Assembly (NCBI RefSeq): GCF_009914755.1
Contig: NC_060927.1
DNA: 64,000 nt
Direction: 5' to 3' (one strand)
Source: the human T2T-CHM13v2.0 reference genome, Homo sapiens
In this document: positions 1 through 15,090 of the stretch, piece by piece
Numbering within the stretch: the first letter of the stretch is position 1
Layout: each line of letters opens with the position of its first letter
Notes under the pieces: generated by a model
Told to the model about the DNA's origin: nothing
What the model saw: only the letters and a program-made list of their open reading frames with translations
Database searches by the model: none
Position numbers and translations under genes: made by a program

Positions 1-463
1 TCTTGACATAAAAGTCTCTGTGTTGAATTAAAAATCCTTTTATATAATATATTTTATTTTTTAAAATTTAAAATGACAAAAGACCGTTGAAGAAATATCA
101 GAGATATATAAAGAGGTATACTAAATACCAATTACTCATCATCTTACCACCTTGAAATAAGCATTGTTGTGATTTTTTGTAATTCTCTAAAATATTTTTT
201 TTTCCTGTGGATAAGCTAAGAGTATGTTTTGGAGACCTTCCATATTAAAAGCTGTGAGACGATTCTTAAATTTTGTTGAGTGATTGTTAAAATATAGATT
301 CCTGGGCAGCTTCCTCCTTGTATTACTGTATTACTATCTCTGAGTTGATTATCATGTATATGAAAGAATCACTAGTACAATTATACTGATGATTTGAGAA
401 TCACTAATACAATTATATTGATGTTTCACCTCATTCATATTATATGTATTTTTTCTGTCCTAG

Positions 464-803
<340 letters not shown>

Positions 804-3800
804 TATACGTGTTTTTAATCAAAGTGTAACAGAAAGCACCATAAAAATAGTGCTTTTCCATTGCTAATGCTTGCTCCAAATCTCTATAAAACATTTGTTA
901 AAACCACACATATTACACTAGACTTCTGTATCCTGCTGTAAAAATCACAGCCACATCTGCCCTGTAACAACCCGGAACGATGAGAGAGCCTTGTAAGCTC
1001 TCCTACACCTTCTCTTCAAAGGGAAGTACTTTGTCCTGGAGCTTTGCCTCAAAGCATATTGCAGTCCAACTTGGAAACAGATGAGATAATGCAAACGACA
1101 GATGATAACTATCAACAGGCTTCATAAGAAATGAAATATTTAAGGGAAATGTGATATTTGTTGACTGTTTGAAAATTTCCTCAGTTCACACTAATGACAT
1201 GACTTTCTGGAAACCATTCTTTCCTCTCAAAGTAAAGCAGACAATACTTTCCTGTGTCTGATGCAGTATTTTGTGGAAAGCTGGAGGAATAGTAAAATCA
1301 GCTGACTGCTTCTATTTGGTAACAGATAGTTCACTTTTTCTTTTGGCAGAAAAAGCAGAACCAAATGTTTATTTGGGTGCCATTCATATATAGCTGTCTT
1401 TCTGTCTTCGTGTACCAGTATTACACAGGATTTCAAAGAATTGCTTTTCTGTCTCTGAGCAACGAAACGACTAATTTTAAGAAAAGGGAAAAAAACCTGT
1501 TTGTACCCAAGTAGATCAGTGTAGAATTTTATTGTAGCAATGTGTAAACCTCATACCAATTATTGAGCTAGCAGCTTCAGATATTTTTTCAAATTACAGT
1601 GTGAATACTGAGTCTAATCTCCTGATTAAGTTGTTTACTTACATTTGTCTACTTATTGATTGTTTTTCTCCACCATTAGAATATCCTCATTTTATCCCCA
1701 ATACCTAGTTTGTCTGCCACATGGTAGATGCATAGAATACACCCTAGGCCCAATCTTCCAGGAGTCACACAGAAGAATTGTTACAGCAGCAGTGGTTGGT
1801 TCTATGCTCCTTCTGAAGGCAACCCCCATTGCTCCATTTACTTTCCTATCAACTAAACTCTATAGTCAAAAGCATATTATGTAAGGCCCTCCAGAGATCA
1901 GACTCAAACGCCCTTATCTTGACTTATCTCTCACGATTTTCATACGTATAGTTTCCCACTTCTGGGCCTTTGCATTTTCATTTTCCTAATTTGAGTGCTC
2001 CTCATTGTTCTTGAAATGCTACTTAGACTACATGCCCAATTCTTTTTTTAAGTGTTCTTCTCTGATTTCCCTGGATGGAAGGAGCCTTCTCTCCTTTGAA
2101 ATGTCAACAGCTTTTGTAAATGCTTCAGGACACTTACATATTGTCTTATATCGTTTTATTGCTATCTGGTCCTCATATGTGAACATTTTCTCTGATACTA
2201 GATGATTGACATGAGAGAAGTAGCCTTGCTTCTCACTCACCAAATTCAAAATAAGTGTCGCATATTTATTTATTGAAAAATAACTGGATATATGGAATGA
2301 AAAGCTTATAGTAGAGATTTTATTATATTTAACCAGAAAAATATTAATACTTTACAGAATAACAAACTACCTTTCAACAATGCAGAGCTATCTTCTTATG
2401 CATTTTATGTGATGACTCACTGTGTATTTTTAGTAGTTTAGGAGTTAGATATTATATATATTTACCTGAAATATGAATGATTCCGAAAGATTCAGTAACT
2501 TGAATAAGATTAATATGGGTCAAGTAAGTGTGTATTTCCAGTATTTAAATTATTTTAAAGAAAGTTTTATATCTCGTTTTGCAGATTAATTCAGTATTCC
2601 TAGAATTACTTGATTGCGGCTATCAAAATTGGTGGCTTTTGAAATTCATCTTTCTTATTATAAAATACAATCCAATTTAGTAATTGTAAGACAATCAATG
2701 ATGAAAAAAATATTTCCTGAACTCAGAGTGTATGCTGAATGGTTATGAATATAGATGGAATATATGTACTAGAAAATTTTATGAAGAGATTTATGTAATT
2801 CTGAAATGTGTACCATCTAAATCTTCTCCAAATTAGAGATAAATTGCATAAGCATATTTAGTAAATAAAATAACCTATGGTTGGTCCTGAAAATAAAGTA
2901 TTAAGAAATGTTTTGATAACTGCATGGGCAATTGGGCCAAAAATGGGCTATTAGAGAGTGTGCTAGAAATGCTTATTATTCCATGTCAATATTTTGAGAC
3001 TGATATAAAGACTAAGAACAACATTCTCCTGTAGATTATTTGTGATCACTGCTGAAGATAGAATATAGCCTACAATGGATTTCACTGTATGATTCAGACA
3101 GAATTTCCTCATTAAAAAATTATTTATAAAGACATTTTTATTAAGCACCTTACTTGTACCAGCTTTTAGGTGCTTTTATTAAGCACCTTACTTGTAACTT
3201 GCCTTTAGGGAAATGGAACTGAATAATACATTGGGTTTGACTTCTAGATGCCTATAGTACAGATGAAACTAGCACAAGGTGACTCATTATTTCTTTAAAA
3301 TATATCTAGGTTCATGATGTTATCAATGGTCTGACTCTGCTTTTCCATTTCATTTACTACTATGTAGAAAAATCACTATAAAAGTGACAGATTTATATTT
3401 CAAGCTTGTAAGCACACAGTATCTCCCAAATACTCACATTATATATGTGTAATTTTTTTGTGTTTGTTTTCCCATTGGGTGCCACATAGGATCCAAATAA
3501 ATAGGTTCTAGAAAGAAATGTTTGTGAGAATCTGGGTACTTTCTTTCTTTTCCTTTCCCTTTTTCTTTTTTTTTTTCTTTCTTTTCTCTGTAAGTGACTC
3601 AAATATCTGACATATCTAGGCATTTAAAGCACACATCCTATAGGGGATCTGTATAGTTACAGTGAGGGGTGGTGTTCAGATGTTAGGACTGATTGACGTT
3701 AATAAAGAGCATGATCCCTTTGGAATAGATTTCTTTCCAACCCCTGGATGTGCCTCCCAGGAGTTCAACACCAGCCTGACAGACAGATGTCAACTGTGAA

Positions 3801-6800
3801 TAGGCATGTGTAACTGAAAACTCAGTAAAGAAGGAAGCTGTCTGCAATTCTCACTCAGAGGACAGGAAAAAGAAGAGAGAGGTTGGTGTCAGTTTCACAA
3901 TATCATCCACTGGAAGCAGGTGGATAGAAAATGTGGTTTCTGGAAAGGATTCCATGAAAAGATCTTTTTCACTGCATGTGATTTAGATTTTTTACCTATG
4001 TGTCAATCCTTTCAATATGTCACTAGTGAAAAGCTTTAGTTGTAATTATCTTGAGCTATATATCTTTCTGAATTAAACTTAAATAGAGGTGCAAATGACT
4101 GATAACTGGTTTTCTCTTGGGAGAAACTTTCAGCCAAAGGGAGGGTAGACAAGACATAAGAGAAACAGGAATTTGAGAGTTGAGGGAAGTGCACAGCACA
4201 GTAAGAAGGCAGAAAAGAGACTTTGGTATGTCCAAAGAGAAGCCCTACCTGCTTAAGTTTTCTCAGGGTCACAGGGCTCCATTTGCATATATTATCATGA
4301 AATTGCAGGAGATGAATCAAAGCAACAGAGGGGATTGTGTGATTCAAGTCCTATGGGTAAGTCTTTGGAGGGGGATGGCATTTTGTTTGCACATCCTTGG
4401 AATAGACAACAACAAAGGAGAGGGCAATTGAAGAATAGCATAAGAAAATGGAATAAAGAAAACATGGAAGCAGTGTGAGCATAAAACAAAGCAGATATCT
4501 TAATGGAGAGGTCAGGAATTTTGAGAATGGGCCACCAGGCACTTATTAGAATTAGGCAGCAGTAGATTAGCATGTAAGACTCATAGCACTGGCTTTAAGG
4601 TGAGAAGACTTAATGATTCCCCCTCTTTTTTTCCTGTTGACTATAAATAGATATCATTATGATAATATTTTAGTCAGCATTCATCTGGAGACAATTCTAG
4701 GGCTAGCCAGGTCTTTTGTGAAAGTGAAATTAGTGGCTAGTTGTATTTCTCTCCTGTCTCATTTTTCCCTGTGCACAGTTTTTGAATGTGGAAAATTCTG
4801 TTATTTTATTAGTAGTCACTAGTAATTTATTTTTTCTTCTGATGTATATAACTTACAAAGTAGCACACTTAGTTACTGAGTTCTGATATTTGACATTGAA
4901 AATTTAAAAGAAGTCTTAGTTTCAACGGCAAACATGAGAACAGTAGAAACCTCTGAAAGTGTGGATTTGGTTGTGGTCTGGTTGGCTTAGTATCAATTGA
5001 TAACAGACATTAACAAAAGAATCTCTTATGGTAACTACTCTTGCAGCTATGTAATATTATATTATAAATTTTATATTTTACATAGTTCATTACAGAAATG
5101 AATATCTGACAAAGTCTGCTTCAACAAATTCTGCAAATGAAAGAATAATGAGTTTTCCTCAAATGGCTGATTATAAAAGCCCACTCTTCAGTTAGCCTAC
5201 AGATACCTGGTCCATGGAGCTTCCTAGGCAGGTGTGTAGTCATTATTAATTAGTCCATCTCTCAAAAGTATTAGGATTTTTGCAGGAGTATCAACTCTGA
5301 TACATAATTCTCCATTAATATTTGTTATAAACTTATTAATTAAAATTCTTTCTTATTTTAAGTGCTTACAAGTGGACAAGTTGAAGCCATCAAAATTTTC
5401 CTACCAAGGATATTATAGCTTATCACACATGCTCTCTGTAAAACGATACTAACTGAAGTGCAATACCCTCAAACAATGACCCAACCCTCTGGCAGGATCT
5501 CAGCATTTAGAGAAGTGCATGAAATTCTTTGTATGTCAAGTAACAGTGAGCCATTGTGTGTGCTGTTATCCTGATGGGTGGGAGTGCCTGTAGGGCTGCA
5601 TTTGAACAATCTGCTAGGCAGGGTTCCTTACTGTTCTCTAAATGTACCATGCTCATGACTGTGGGTAATGATTAGAAAATGAGCACAGGGAGTGGAGTCT
5701 ACAGATCTTTCAAGACCCCTGTTGAAGTTTCTCCTCCATTGTTAACGTTTCTCTGTTGATTTCACCCTTCTGGCCGCTCCACGTTGTGAATGCCTGTAAC
5801 GCTTATCATTCTCTCATTATGGCTTTTAATTGTGTGCTGTCTCTAACATTTTGTACATATTTCTGGTGTTCTGTGCTATAATTGCTTACTCTGAGTAGGA
5901 GGAGATTGTCCATTTAATTTCTTTCATCTCCTCTATAAGGCCTACCTAAAAGCTATCCTATTACTCAAATCAATTCTGGCCTTCTTTAACAAATGAGGTA
6001 TAACCACTATTAAATATTTAAGCAGTTTAGAATTAAAGTTTTGCCTTAATGAGCAAAATACATTGCTAAATCAGTAAAATGGATTGGTTATTACTAAGCA
6101 TCTGTTGGAACAGATAGTGAGTCGCAATGAAGGTAGCATTTTGAACTTCAAGAGCATCTGAATGAATGCATATTGTTAAAATACAATGACTTCTGTCAGA
6201 ATCACTAGGAAGAGATGGTGTTAAATGATACTTGTATTCTTTAGTCCTTTTTCTTTAAAGTGTTTGAAAACAATGACTCCCTGCCTTCCACTCAGTGCAT
6301 TTGGGAATGTTATAAGTTGCGGGATCCAATGCCTTGAGGAGTGATGGACTACTTGTACTTCCACAATGATATGTTCTTATTTGCCCAGAAGACCTAAACC
6401 AATTTAAAATCACAGAGGAGTGGAATTGTAGTTTTAGCTAATAGGAGAAAAGTGAAGCATAAAATACTGTGTCAATAGGAACACATCACAATGTGTCACC
6501 TTTTAACTGGAAAACTGGAACAGGAATTTTCTAAGCACATATCAGCCATCCTCTAGTCTCAGGATAAAGCAACACATGCAGAGGGACTCTCTCTATCTCT
6601 GGCATGTAATCTTATGAACTTTGTCTGGATACTTAAACATTTTCAGCTTCAAAATGGAGTCAATGCTTCCTATTTTTTATTTATTCATTCACTAAAAATA
6701 TCTTCAGGGCCCATTATGTGTTAGGACCTTTTCTAGGAACTAGGAGATGCAGAAGGAGACAAAAGAGAGTTTTTGCTCTTATAAATCTTACAGTCTGGTG

Positions 6801-8449
6801 TAATGTGCATGTGAGTTTGTGTGTGCATGCTGGGGGAGAGGTTAGATCAATTAAGGTGTGCAAAATATCTAGAATATAGATATTCAATAACAAAAGCTGG
6901 TATTACTACTGTGCACCAATAATTTTACATCTCTTATTTCTTATAACAGTCCATATTTTAAGTAAGAGAAAATTTGATTTGGCAAGCAATTGATTTGGTA
7001 AGAATTATTTCAAGCTGACAAATGATATCCAAGAACCCTCAAGTGACACAACCTGGATTAAATATCCACTCCTAATGAATATTATTTACATTACCTTTTT
7101 CTTGGCTGCCCTTTATGACATACCATGCCATCAAGCTACACCATGTGTAGGTATTTTAAGAATTATTATCCAAAGTGTACCAAATGTGATTTTTTTTTGT
7201 CATAATGAGCTATAGTAACTGCATGCCTCCATTTTGGCAGAGACCATGCATAATTTGAATCATTCTATCCTCTGCCTCCTGAAATAATTTCTTAAACTCA
7301 AAATTATTTGATGGATGAATGAATGAATGAATGTTTATGTTAAGTTATATGAAGATCCTTTTATCTTACTGTTTACTTTTTATTATCCAAGGTGTATTAT
7401 TGTCAATTCATATCTCTTTTGCTGAATTAGTCTTTCAGGAGAAAAGGTTTATGCCTTGGCAGAAAAGAGTTCTTTGTTGCACGAGTCTTGTAAAAAACAT
7501 GTTTTACTGCACTAAGCTCAAGTGATACATTTTCAGCAGAGATACCAGAGGACTTCAGGCTGGCAGCAGTTCATTGAGCATGACTGGCTCCCTTGTTTCT
7601 TTAAGGGAGATGTACTCAGATGGGTAATGGCATTCAGCCTGGATTGGAGGAGGTCCTACCAAGTCTCCAAAGCCTCCAAGTAGGGTCTTTTCAAATTTTC
7701 TTTTACCAATAGCACATTATCTTGAAACGTCTTACATTACTGCAAAAAATACTTCCTGTTTCTCTGATCATCTAGCTCCAAGTATAATTTGTTTGTGACA
7801 CCAGCACTTTCTTGCCACATTATCCATGGGCCAAGTGATAATGAAGCTCCACCAGCATTGCAGGTACAAAAGTCTGACCAATCTGCATACATGTGCTGTC
7901 AGCTAATTTTCTCCTGTTGTATAAAGTCCATCAACCTGGAGAAGATCTCTAACACAATAAATTTTACTTTGTTTACTGCTGAAAGAACCCCTATAGGACA
8001 TCATCAATTGCCTAATTGACAGTCTGAGGAAGAACAGGCAAAATCATGTGTTCAAATAAAGATGATGCACTAAGGTCCTCCTACTTGCAATGTTTTGTTA
8101 GGCGCTTACTGCATGGAGGTGAGATTAGGGCACAAACACTTGAAAAGTTAATAAGAAGTTGGATCCAATGCCCTATGCTCTGTGGAGCAGGAGCTTGCTC
8201 TTATTCTCTTCTGTAGGTGTTCTAGCCCTTGGAACACAGCACATGATAAAGTTTTGATACGTTTTTTGAAATGAACAAAGCATAGCATTAGAGTTCAAAT
8301 CTGTGAATTTTGAATGAATAAATGAATGCTAATGATCAGTTCTCTAGAAGTTTAGATAAAGGAGTGATACATTTAGGCCTAGAAAAACCTTAAATATATG
8401 CTTTATGTATCTATCTATCTGCTTATCTAATGTACATTTGAAGCTTGAA

Positions 8450-8645
8450 AAGTGTTTCATATTTATTGCTTCATTTTACTTCTATTAACACTCTTGTGGC
8501 AGGGCAGGTATTATTACTCATTTTACAGATTAAATTGCAACAAGAGTTCAATGTAACTTTTCCAAATACTATAGCTATTACATGGTAAGTGTGGGGACTT
8601 AGTCTCAGTTCTTACCATTCCTGGCCCATGGCTCCTTCCAGCATA
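8450..8645. mobile_element. MIR SINE fragment
   Basis: Degenerate MIR core (ATTATTACTCATTTTACAGAT ... GTAACTTTTCCAA ... CATAGCTA). Boundaries approximate. Confidence 0.55.
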
Positions 8646-11600
8646 GTGCGGTGTCGCCCTCCACTTTTTCATCTGCAGTCATGTTTCACTAAATTGGTGT
8701 AGATGCTTCTAGCGGAAAATTGCCTTTATTGTTACTCTGGAATCTGAAGGAACATACTTGCCGTCATTCTTCCAGTCTTTTAAGTGGTATCTCTAAACAC
8801 TGAATGTTTATGCCTCCAAGAAAATCTGTGCTAATCAATGACAATGATTTAAGAATCCAAATGGGTCTTTCTAAACGCTATTGTGGAGTATACATGAAAT
8901 TGGAATTAGGTGGGGATTGAAAGGAAGAACATGGATAAGAATACAAGAATGGACAAGACAGCATGCAAATACCACAGCCATTCATTCACAGGTGCTTCTT
9001 GGGCAGTGGTTGGGTAAGCTACACAGAGAGACATGAAGTCTGCCCTAGTTAGCCTGTTGACAAAAATTGTCTCTTAAGTGTGTTTTGGTCCATATGGTAG
9101 AGCACATTTCTGGCACGAGAGCATTCTAAATAGCAGACTCCTTTTTAGGGGACTGGAACAGATTTTACGGTGATAACCTGCCTGTGCCCAGGGGCAGATG
9201 TATTACTCTGCAACAAGAAGTTGATGCTTAACCTCTGCCTGGCCTCAGAAGCCATTTCGGTGGTAGGAGCCAAGCAATTTCAGATACTTCAACCTAACGT
9301 TCCTTCAAGCCTCAAGGCTGCCTTGCTCCATCTCTTGAATATCATCTCTTTTGTGCACAATCAAACCCCTTAACAGTCTGGCAAATATGTTTTAACGAAG
9401 TGGACTAATAGGACTCTGATGTTCTTTTCATGGGAATCAGGCTGCTCCCTCACAAGCTGCCTAGGTGAGACTAAGAATTGTTCATGTTGTCAGCTCAGAC
9501 CAGCCCTAGAATAATTGTCCTGATTACCTTGTGGTGCTTGCAAGTTGTTCCCGCTCATCTGACAAAGAAATAGGGATTTAAACCACATTTCTGTATATGT
9601 GGTTTGGCCCTGCAGACTTGGAGTTTGAGACAAGAAAGATAATGATTTGAAGATGATGTTAGGTGCCTTTTTTTTGTATTTGACTCAAAGGTCTGTTTAA
9701 GCAAAATAAGTGAAATGCTTTGAAATATATATCTATGTATATATATGTATAATATATATTTATAGAAATAAAAAATACATATATTTTGTTCTCTCTCTTA
9801 CTTTTGCCTCATATATCTATTCAAATAATCTCAAACAAGTATTTTGAAAATAATTCGCCTTTTCTGGTTTCAAAGATATATCTCAACATTCCTGACATGG
9901 TCGCTCTGGATCTCTGAAAACCACCAAAGGTTGCATTATTAGTCTCTTAGTATTTCATTTCTTAAATATTATCCCCTGAGCCAATGAAATGTGTACCTTT
10001 CTGTGCATCAGCCTTCAGTATCCTCTTGGTGTCATGTTGTATGCCTTAATGGGGAAGTCTCTCTTCTGTTTATCATTCCTGTTAAAATACCACTTGCATT
10101 TTCAATACAGCTTTTCCTGACATTTCAAGTCCTCACTATTCTTACACTGTATCATCCAATTTAGCATTTCATACACATGATTGTCTTTCATTTCTTATGC
10201 ATGGTCATGAGGTCTACCTTTCAAGCTAGAATATCAGTTATGCTTACAGGACTCATGCTGGCATTTTTTCATAGAAGAGGAACAGATCCATAGAATGTTA
10301 GAGCTGGTTGTCTGGCCCAGGCCTTTTTCTTTATGGTTGAGAAAACGGAAGGCTGTTGAATGTTAATGTCTTGTTCAAAGTATTTTACTGAGTTGGTGGC
10401 AGAAGTTAAATCATGGAAGCAGTTACTGAGCCTTCTATCAGTCCTCTATTCTTTTCACCAACTTATGCATCATAGGTGTTCAATACGTGCTTGATGTGAA
10501 TGTGTTGAGTTGTTCAGTGCTTATTCAGTGACTGAAGCAGCTCTTTTTGGTTTGTCAACACTGGCGGTGTGTGAGTAAAACTAATAGCTATATATAGTAT
10601 AGTAAATATAAAATTTGGAGATTTATGACATTGAAAAATGATATTCAATGATTTAGACCTAATGCATTTTAGCACAATGGTCACTTTTCTCTCCTGTAAT
10701 AATTGTGAGGAATTACTAAAATGACAAGGTTTGCTAGGAAAATGTCATGGGAAGTGGCCATGTTAATCAATATTAAATGTTCTTAAAGTCAAAGTTTATA
10801 TTGGGGGTTTAAAGTAGTAAAAAAATCATTATTTCAGATAATTTTTGCTTTAGTTGATAAAATTCAATAAAACATGTCAGAGACAGGGATTGTTTGGGAG
10901 ATGTGGGTAGGACTCCTGGGTCATTGTTTATATGGGACCTTATAACCAGTAAAGTCATTGTTTATAAGGGACTTTAAACCAGTAAGATTGATTGGGGCTT
11001 AGAGTTGCAGCTCTCATTCTATACTTTGTTCATCAGGGACTCTGGTGAAGCTTTTTGTGGTTGGTTGTTTGTTCATTTGTTTTAACTTTTAAACTATCTT
11101 TATTTAGAACAATACAGCACTTCAAAACTGGCGAGAGACTTTTTCAGTTAACTATTAGAGTTTTCTGTTTAATTATATCCACACTGTAATATAGATAACT
11201 TGGAACAGATTATTCCTGTGTTTAATAATTCTATTCACAGTTCTATTTATATTTTCACTTGCTTTAAAACTTTTTCTGACTTGTATTGTGCAGACTTACA
11301 GGATGATTCTGAGAAAAATGTCAGAGAGCCATATATATTTTAGCAATCATTTTCTTACTGGCGAATGCGGGTAAGATACCACAAGTGATTGAGTTCTCAT
11401 TGCTTTAGGTGTTGAGAATGTGTATGCACACAACACCTCCACTAAGGCCTTACACATGCATACTTAAAGGTGGGTGCTGAATGTTCTCATTAATCAAGGC
11501 AAAATATTCCAGAACTTTTGCATAACCCAATCTGTCCATATTTAGGTCAATTTAGTGATTCAAAATAATCACAGTTTACCCAGCTCCATCAAAATATTTG

Positions 11601-11879
11601 GACCCCTATCTTCACTTTTAGGATCGTGAACTAATTTGGGGATGCCGGGTGTAATTCTCCAGTAAGTTGCTATGCTTACAGTTTTCCTAAAAACCTAGGA
11701 CCTATTGATACTAATATTTCAGTGGAATTCTGACAAATCTGCACTGAACTGAACTCCTCCTTATTCGTCTGTCATAGGTAAATTCTAGAATTTGATCTCC
11801 ACTTAGGAGAATGGTGTAATGCTGAATTATAGCTTGAGAATTTATAGCAACAGTAGGCCCTTTGATCTTGATATTTGGA

Positions 11880-12250
11880 AGGAGTTACATTCTCTGGAAG
11901 CCTATGCTGAGATGGAGTTTGTGGTGTGAGTGATTATTATCAACACACATGAAAGGAAGTGGAAGGATGGAACAGGATAGAAAGAAGGATGAAGGTGAAT
12001 TTGAGGTAGGACTAACAAAACTCCACCCTGTATAGTGGGGAGATCTGGTGTGAATACTGCTCAACAGTGTCCATACTAGAATACTAACTTCTCCAGTTCT
12101 GGATGTGGGCTTCCCTAGAAAGAGTACCAGCTTGACTCTCCACACCTGGGAGAGACCTAAGTTCTGGAGGCTAGAAGAAGCTGTCAACTGGCAGTTGCAT
12201 GCTGACTATACTGTCTGTGGCTGGGCAGCAAGAATAATATCTCTACATCA
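11880..12250 (-). mobile_element. Old ERVL-class solo LTR (LTR33/LTR16-like)
   Basis: TTCTCTGGAAGC...CTGAGATGGAGTTT start and GGCAGTTGC...GGCTGGGCAGCAAG motifs resemble the recalled LTR33 antisense consensus. Confidence 0.5.
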
Positions 12251-13715
12251 ACCAGTCTTTGATCTAAACTTCCACAACAGAGATCTACTCGATTTTTGGA
12301 AGTTCTGCTAATTTTGTGCTCTTCCTTTCAGAGCTCAGAGTGCTTTACTACTTAGAGATCGAAGAGCTGACAATTTAGACCATAAACTGTAGTGCTTTAG
12401 AAGCAGAGTTATTTTGATTTGCCTTTTAGTATAACCTTCTAGTTTTATAGATGATGAGAATGAGATCCAGAGAGATTGCACGGCTTGATCAACATGAAAT
12501 AAACATTTTTTAACACAGGAAAACAGATTCGATTCAAGAAGCCTTAGATTATAATTCAAACTGTACTCTGCTCAAATATAGCTGTATTTTAAAACTATCT
12601 GCCCTTACAATTATTTTTTGTCTTAATGTTTTGATCATAATTGTGAGCAAGAATTATTGTAATAAGAAGTGATGCCCTTGGGTATTACCCAAATTGCTGT
12701 TTATTTTAATAACAGAGGAAGTGGTGACATCTAGAAAAGTAACAAAAAGCTGTCCAGGCTTGAAATACTCATTTAAGGTGTTTCTTGTCTAAAGAATATC
12801 CTCTTAAATAAAGAGCTATTTTAATAATTAGCACTCCAATGTATAAAGTGACACCATTAACAAAGGGAAGTTACAAAATAAATTAACATATCAAAGATCA
12901 CAAAGTGTTCCTTAAAAAGTACAAGCCTTAGAGGAAGTTATAAACAATTAGCAATGAGGTCACGCTTAGTTTAATGGTGTGTTTGGATTACAAGTTTGAG
13001 GCTTTAAAAAATACATTTTTCAGGACCGAGTAAACCAATCTTACTCAAATAGAAAAGAAATAGAGTTTCCGCCATTAAACATTGCTTTTCAGCCTCAGAC
13101 AATATCCATTTTCTACATGAATCAAGCCCTAAGTAACAACTAGTTCTGAGAAAACACCCCATTTCAATGTATGCTACTGCTTTGTAGCTTATTTGGGAGG
13201 GAGGCAGTCCCCCTTTTTAATAAACTAATCCTTTTATTATTGACAGTCTGCTAGAAATTTAATCTCAGATTTTACAATCTGAGTGAAGAGAGGCTCAAAG
13301 CAGCTCAGAAGTTAGAGTAATTGGGGTACTGAAATAATTGAAGTACTGAATTTAAAGGGGTTTAGGCTTAGAGTCTAGGATTCTAGGTGAACTTAAGTGT
13401 CAGGAGCTTTTTAACAAAAGCTTTTGTGGACTGATATTGGAAGGGTTTAATCATGTATAATGTGATCAAATATGTCTTATATTGGATTTTAAGAGCATAG
13501 TGTTCATGATAATTGGAAAATAAAAGTGGAATTTTGGTTTTTCTATTTGTCTTTTTTTTTTTTTTTACTTTTGGTATTAGTTAAACTGAACATAGCTTTC
13601 AATGTAACAAAGTTTGCTGTAGTTTTATGAATTAAATCAGTATACATTTGAACCACCTTTTGTAACTTCATGACTCATGCATCATTAAAATAATTTTTTC
13701 TTTTTATAGTACAAT

Positions 13716-14505
13716 TGAAGCAGGATATTTCCCTGACCACTTTGTGGCCCATGGGACAGGGGTGCCTTGTTTCCTCAGCCTGCTGTGCTCGACCACTTGT
13801 GGGAGGGGGAGCATGCAGGTGAGTGGGTGCAGGAGCCAGGGCGAGTGCTTTTGGGCACTGGCAGGAATGAACTCTGTACCAGCCCCATGGCAGTGTCTAG
13901 GAGGGTGACTGCAACTCCTGAAGCCTTATAGTCAGTGCTCTTTTAGCTTTGCAGTCCATGGATGCCTTAAGTATTAACAGCTCAGTAGAGGGTCAGTGTG
14001 ATAGCCTTTTGCACCAGCACTCATGGCTCTGAGCTCTTGTCTAGCATCCAGAAAAAATGAGATCGCACGAATGAATCAAAGATGGTATATGCAGGGGTTT
14101 TATTGCTGATGAAAGTGGCTCTCAGTGGGATGGGAAGTTGAAAAGGGGTTGGGTCAGGAAGGAATCATCCCCCAAAGTCTGGCCATCCCCAGCCATGCTC
14201 CTTTTCAAAGCTCTGTCAAGCTGTCCTTCTGAAATCAAGCTGCTTCTTTCCAACATTCAACCACAGTATCCAATGTCTAGCAGCTTCTGTTCTTCTTACC
14301 TATCTGAGCCTGGGGTTTTTATGGGCACAGGATTGAGAGCAGTGTGGGCTATGGGTGGTTTTGGAAAAGGCAACATTCAAGCAGGAAAACAGGGATATAA
14401 ATTATCACTTTGGGCTGCAGTTCCAGGCTTCAGGGTGGGGCGGTGGGGCTCTTGCTGGGGATCCAACCTCTTCTGCCCAGAATTTCCTGCCTCCTCTCCA
14501 TATGA
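13716..14505 (-). repeat. 3' LTR of the ERV1 provirus
   Basis: Aligns along its length with 17749-18517. On the minus strand it is preceded by the polypurine tract AGAAGGGGGAAA (14506-14517). Confidence 0.88.
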
Positions 14506-14599
14506 TTTCCCCCTTCTGAAGAGGCACATCTAACTGCAGTGAGAATACAGACAATTGTCAATCTTAGCTACCTCCTGCTGACAGGGGGCATTGTTTTGG

Positions 14600-15090
14600 G
14601 AAGAATGGCAGTCAGATTCATCCCAGTGGTCTACCTAAGGATCCTCAGCAAAAGGGAGCCATCGTCTGAGGGTCTGTTTGCCTGACCATTTGGAGTTAGT
14701 TTGATGGCCTCTATGTGAGAAGAAATAAGTTTTACAAGGTTAAGTATGCATGGATCAAATATGTGTATTATACAAAGAGGAGTTAAAAGGAGAGAATCTA
14801 GTGCCAAAGATTATAGAAATAAGTGAAATATACTAATTGTTCTGAAAACAACATTGTACCCTCTGACATAGAACAAAACAAAAGTAAAAACAACAAACGT
14901 AGGCAAAACTATAAAGAAGATATCCATGGAAGGTTAGTTATTAACACTTAGCTTTTGTGATTTTTAGTTTGAGGTCCCTGATCTCTTCACATTGGTACTT
15001 TGGCTGTACTCCTGGGTTGACAGAGGTAACTCTGTCGGCTCCCCAGGCCTTTACTCATGTATAAAGAATTCAAGAGTCTATTCCAGTGAC
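14600..15090 (-). pseudogene. Integrase C-terminus and env remnants (leader-like segment plus TM cytoplasmic tail)
   Basis: Minus-strand translation gives VTGIDS*ILYT*VKAW...YQCEEIRDLKLKI (IN end), then MDIFFIVLPTFVVFTFVLF, then FDPCILNLVKLISSHIEAIKL (gammaretrovirus-like TM tail). Confidence 0.72.
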
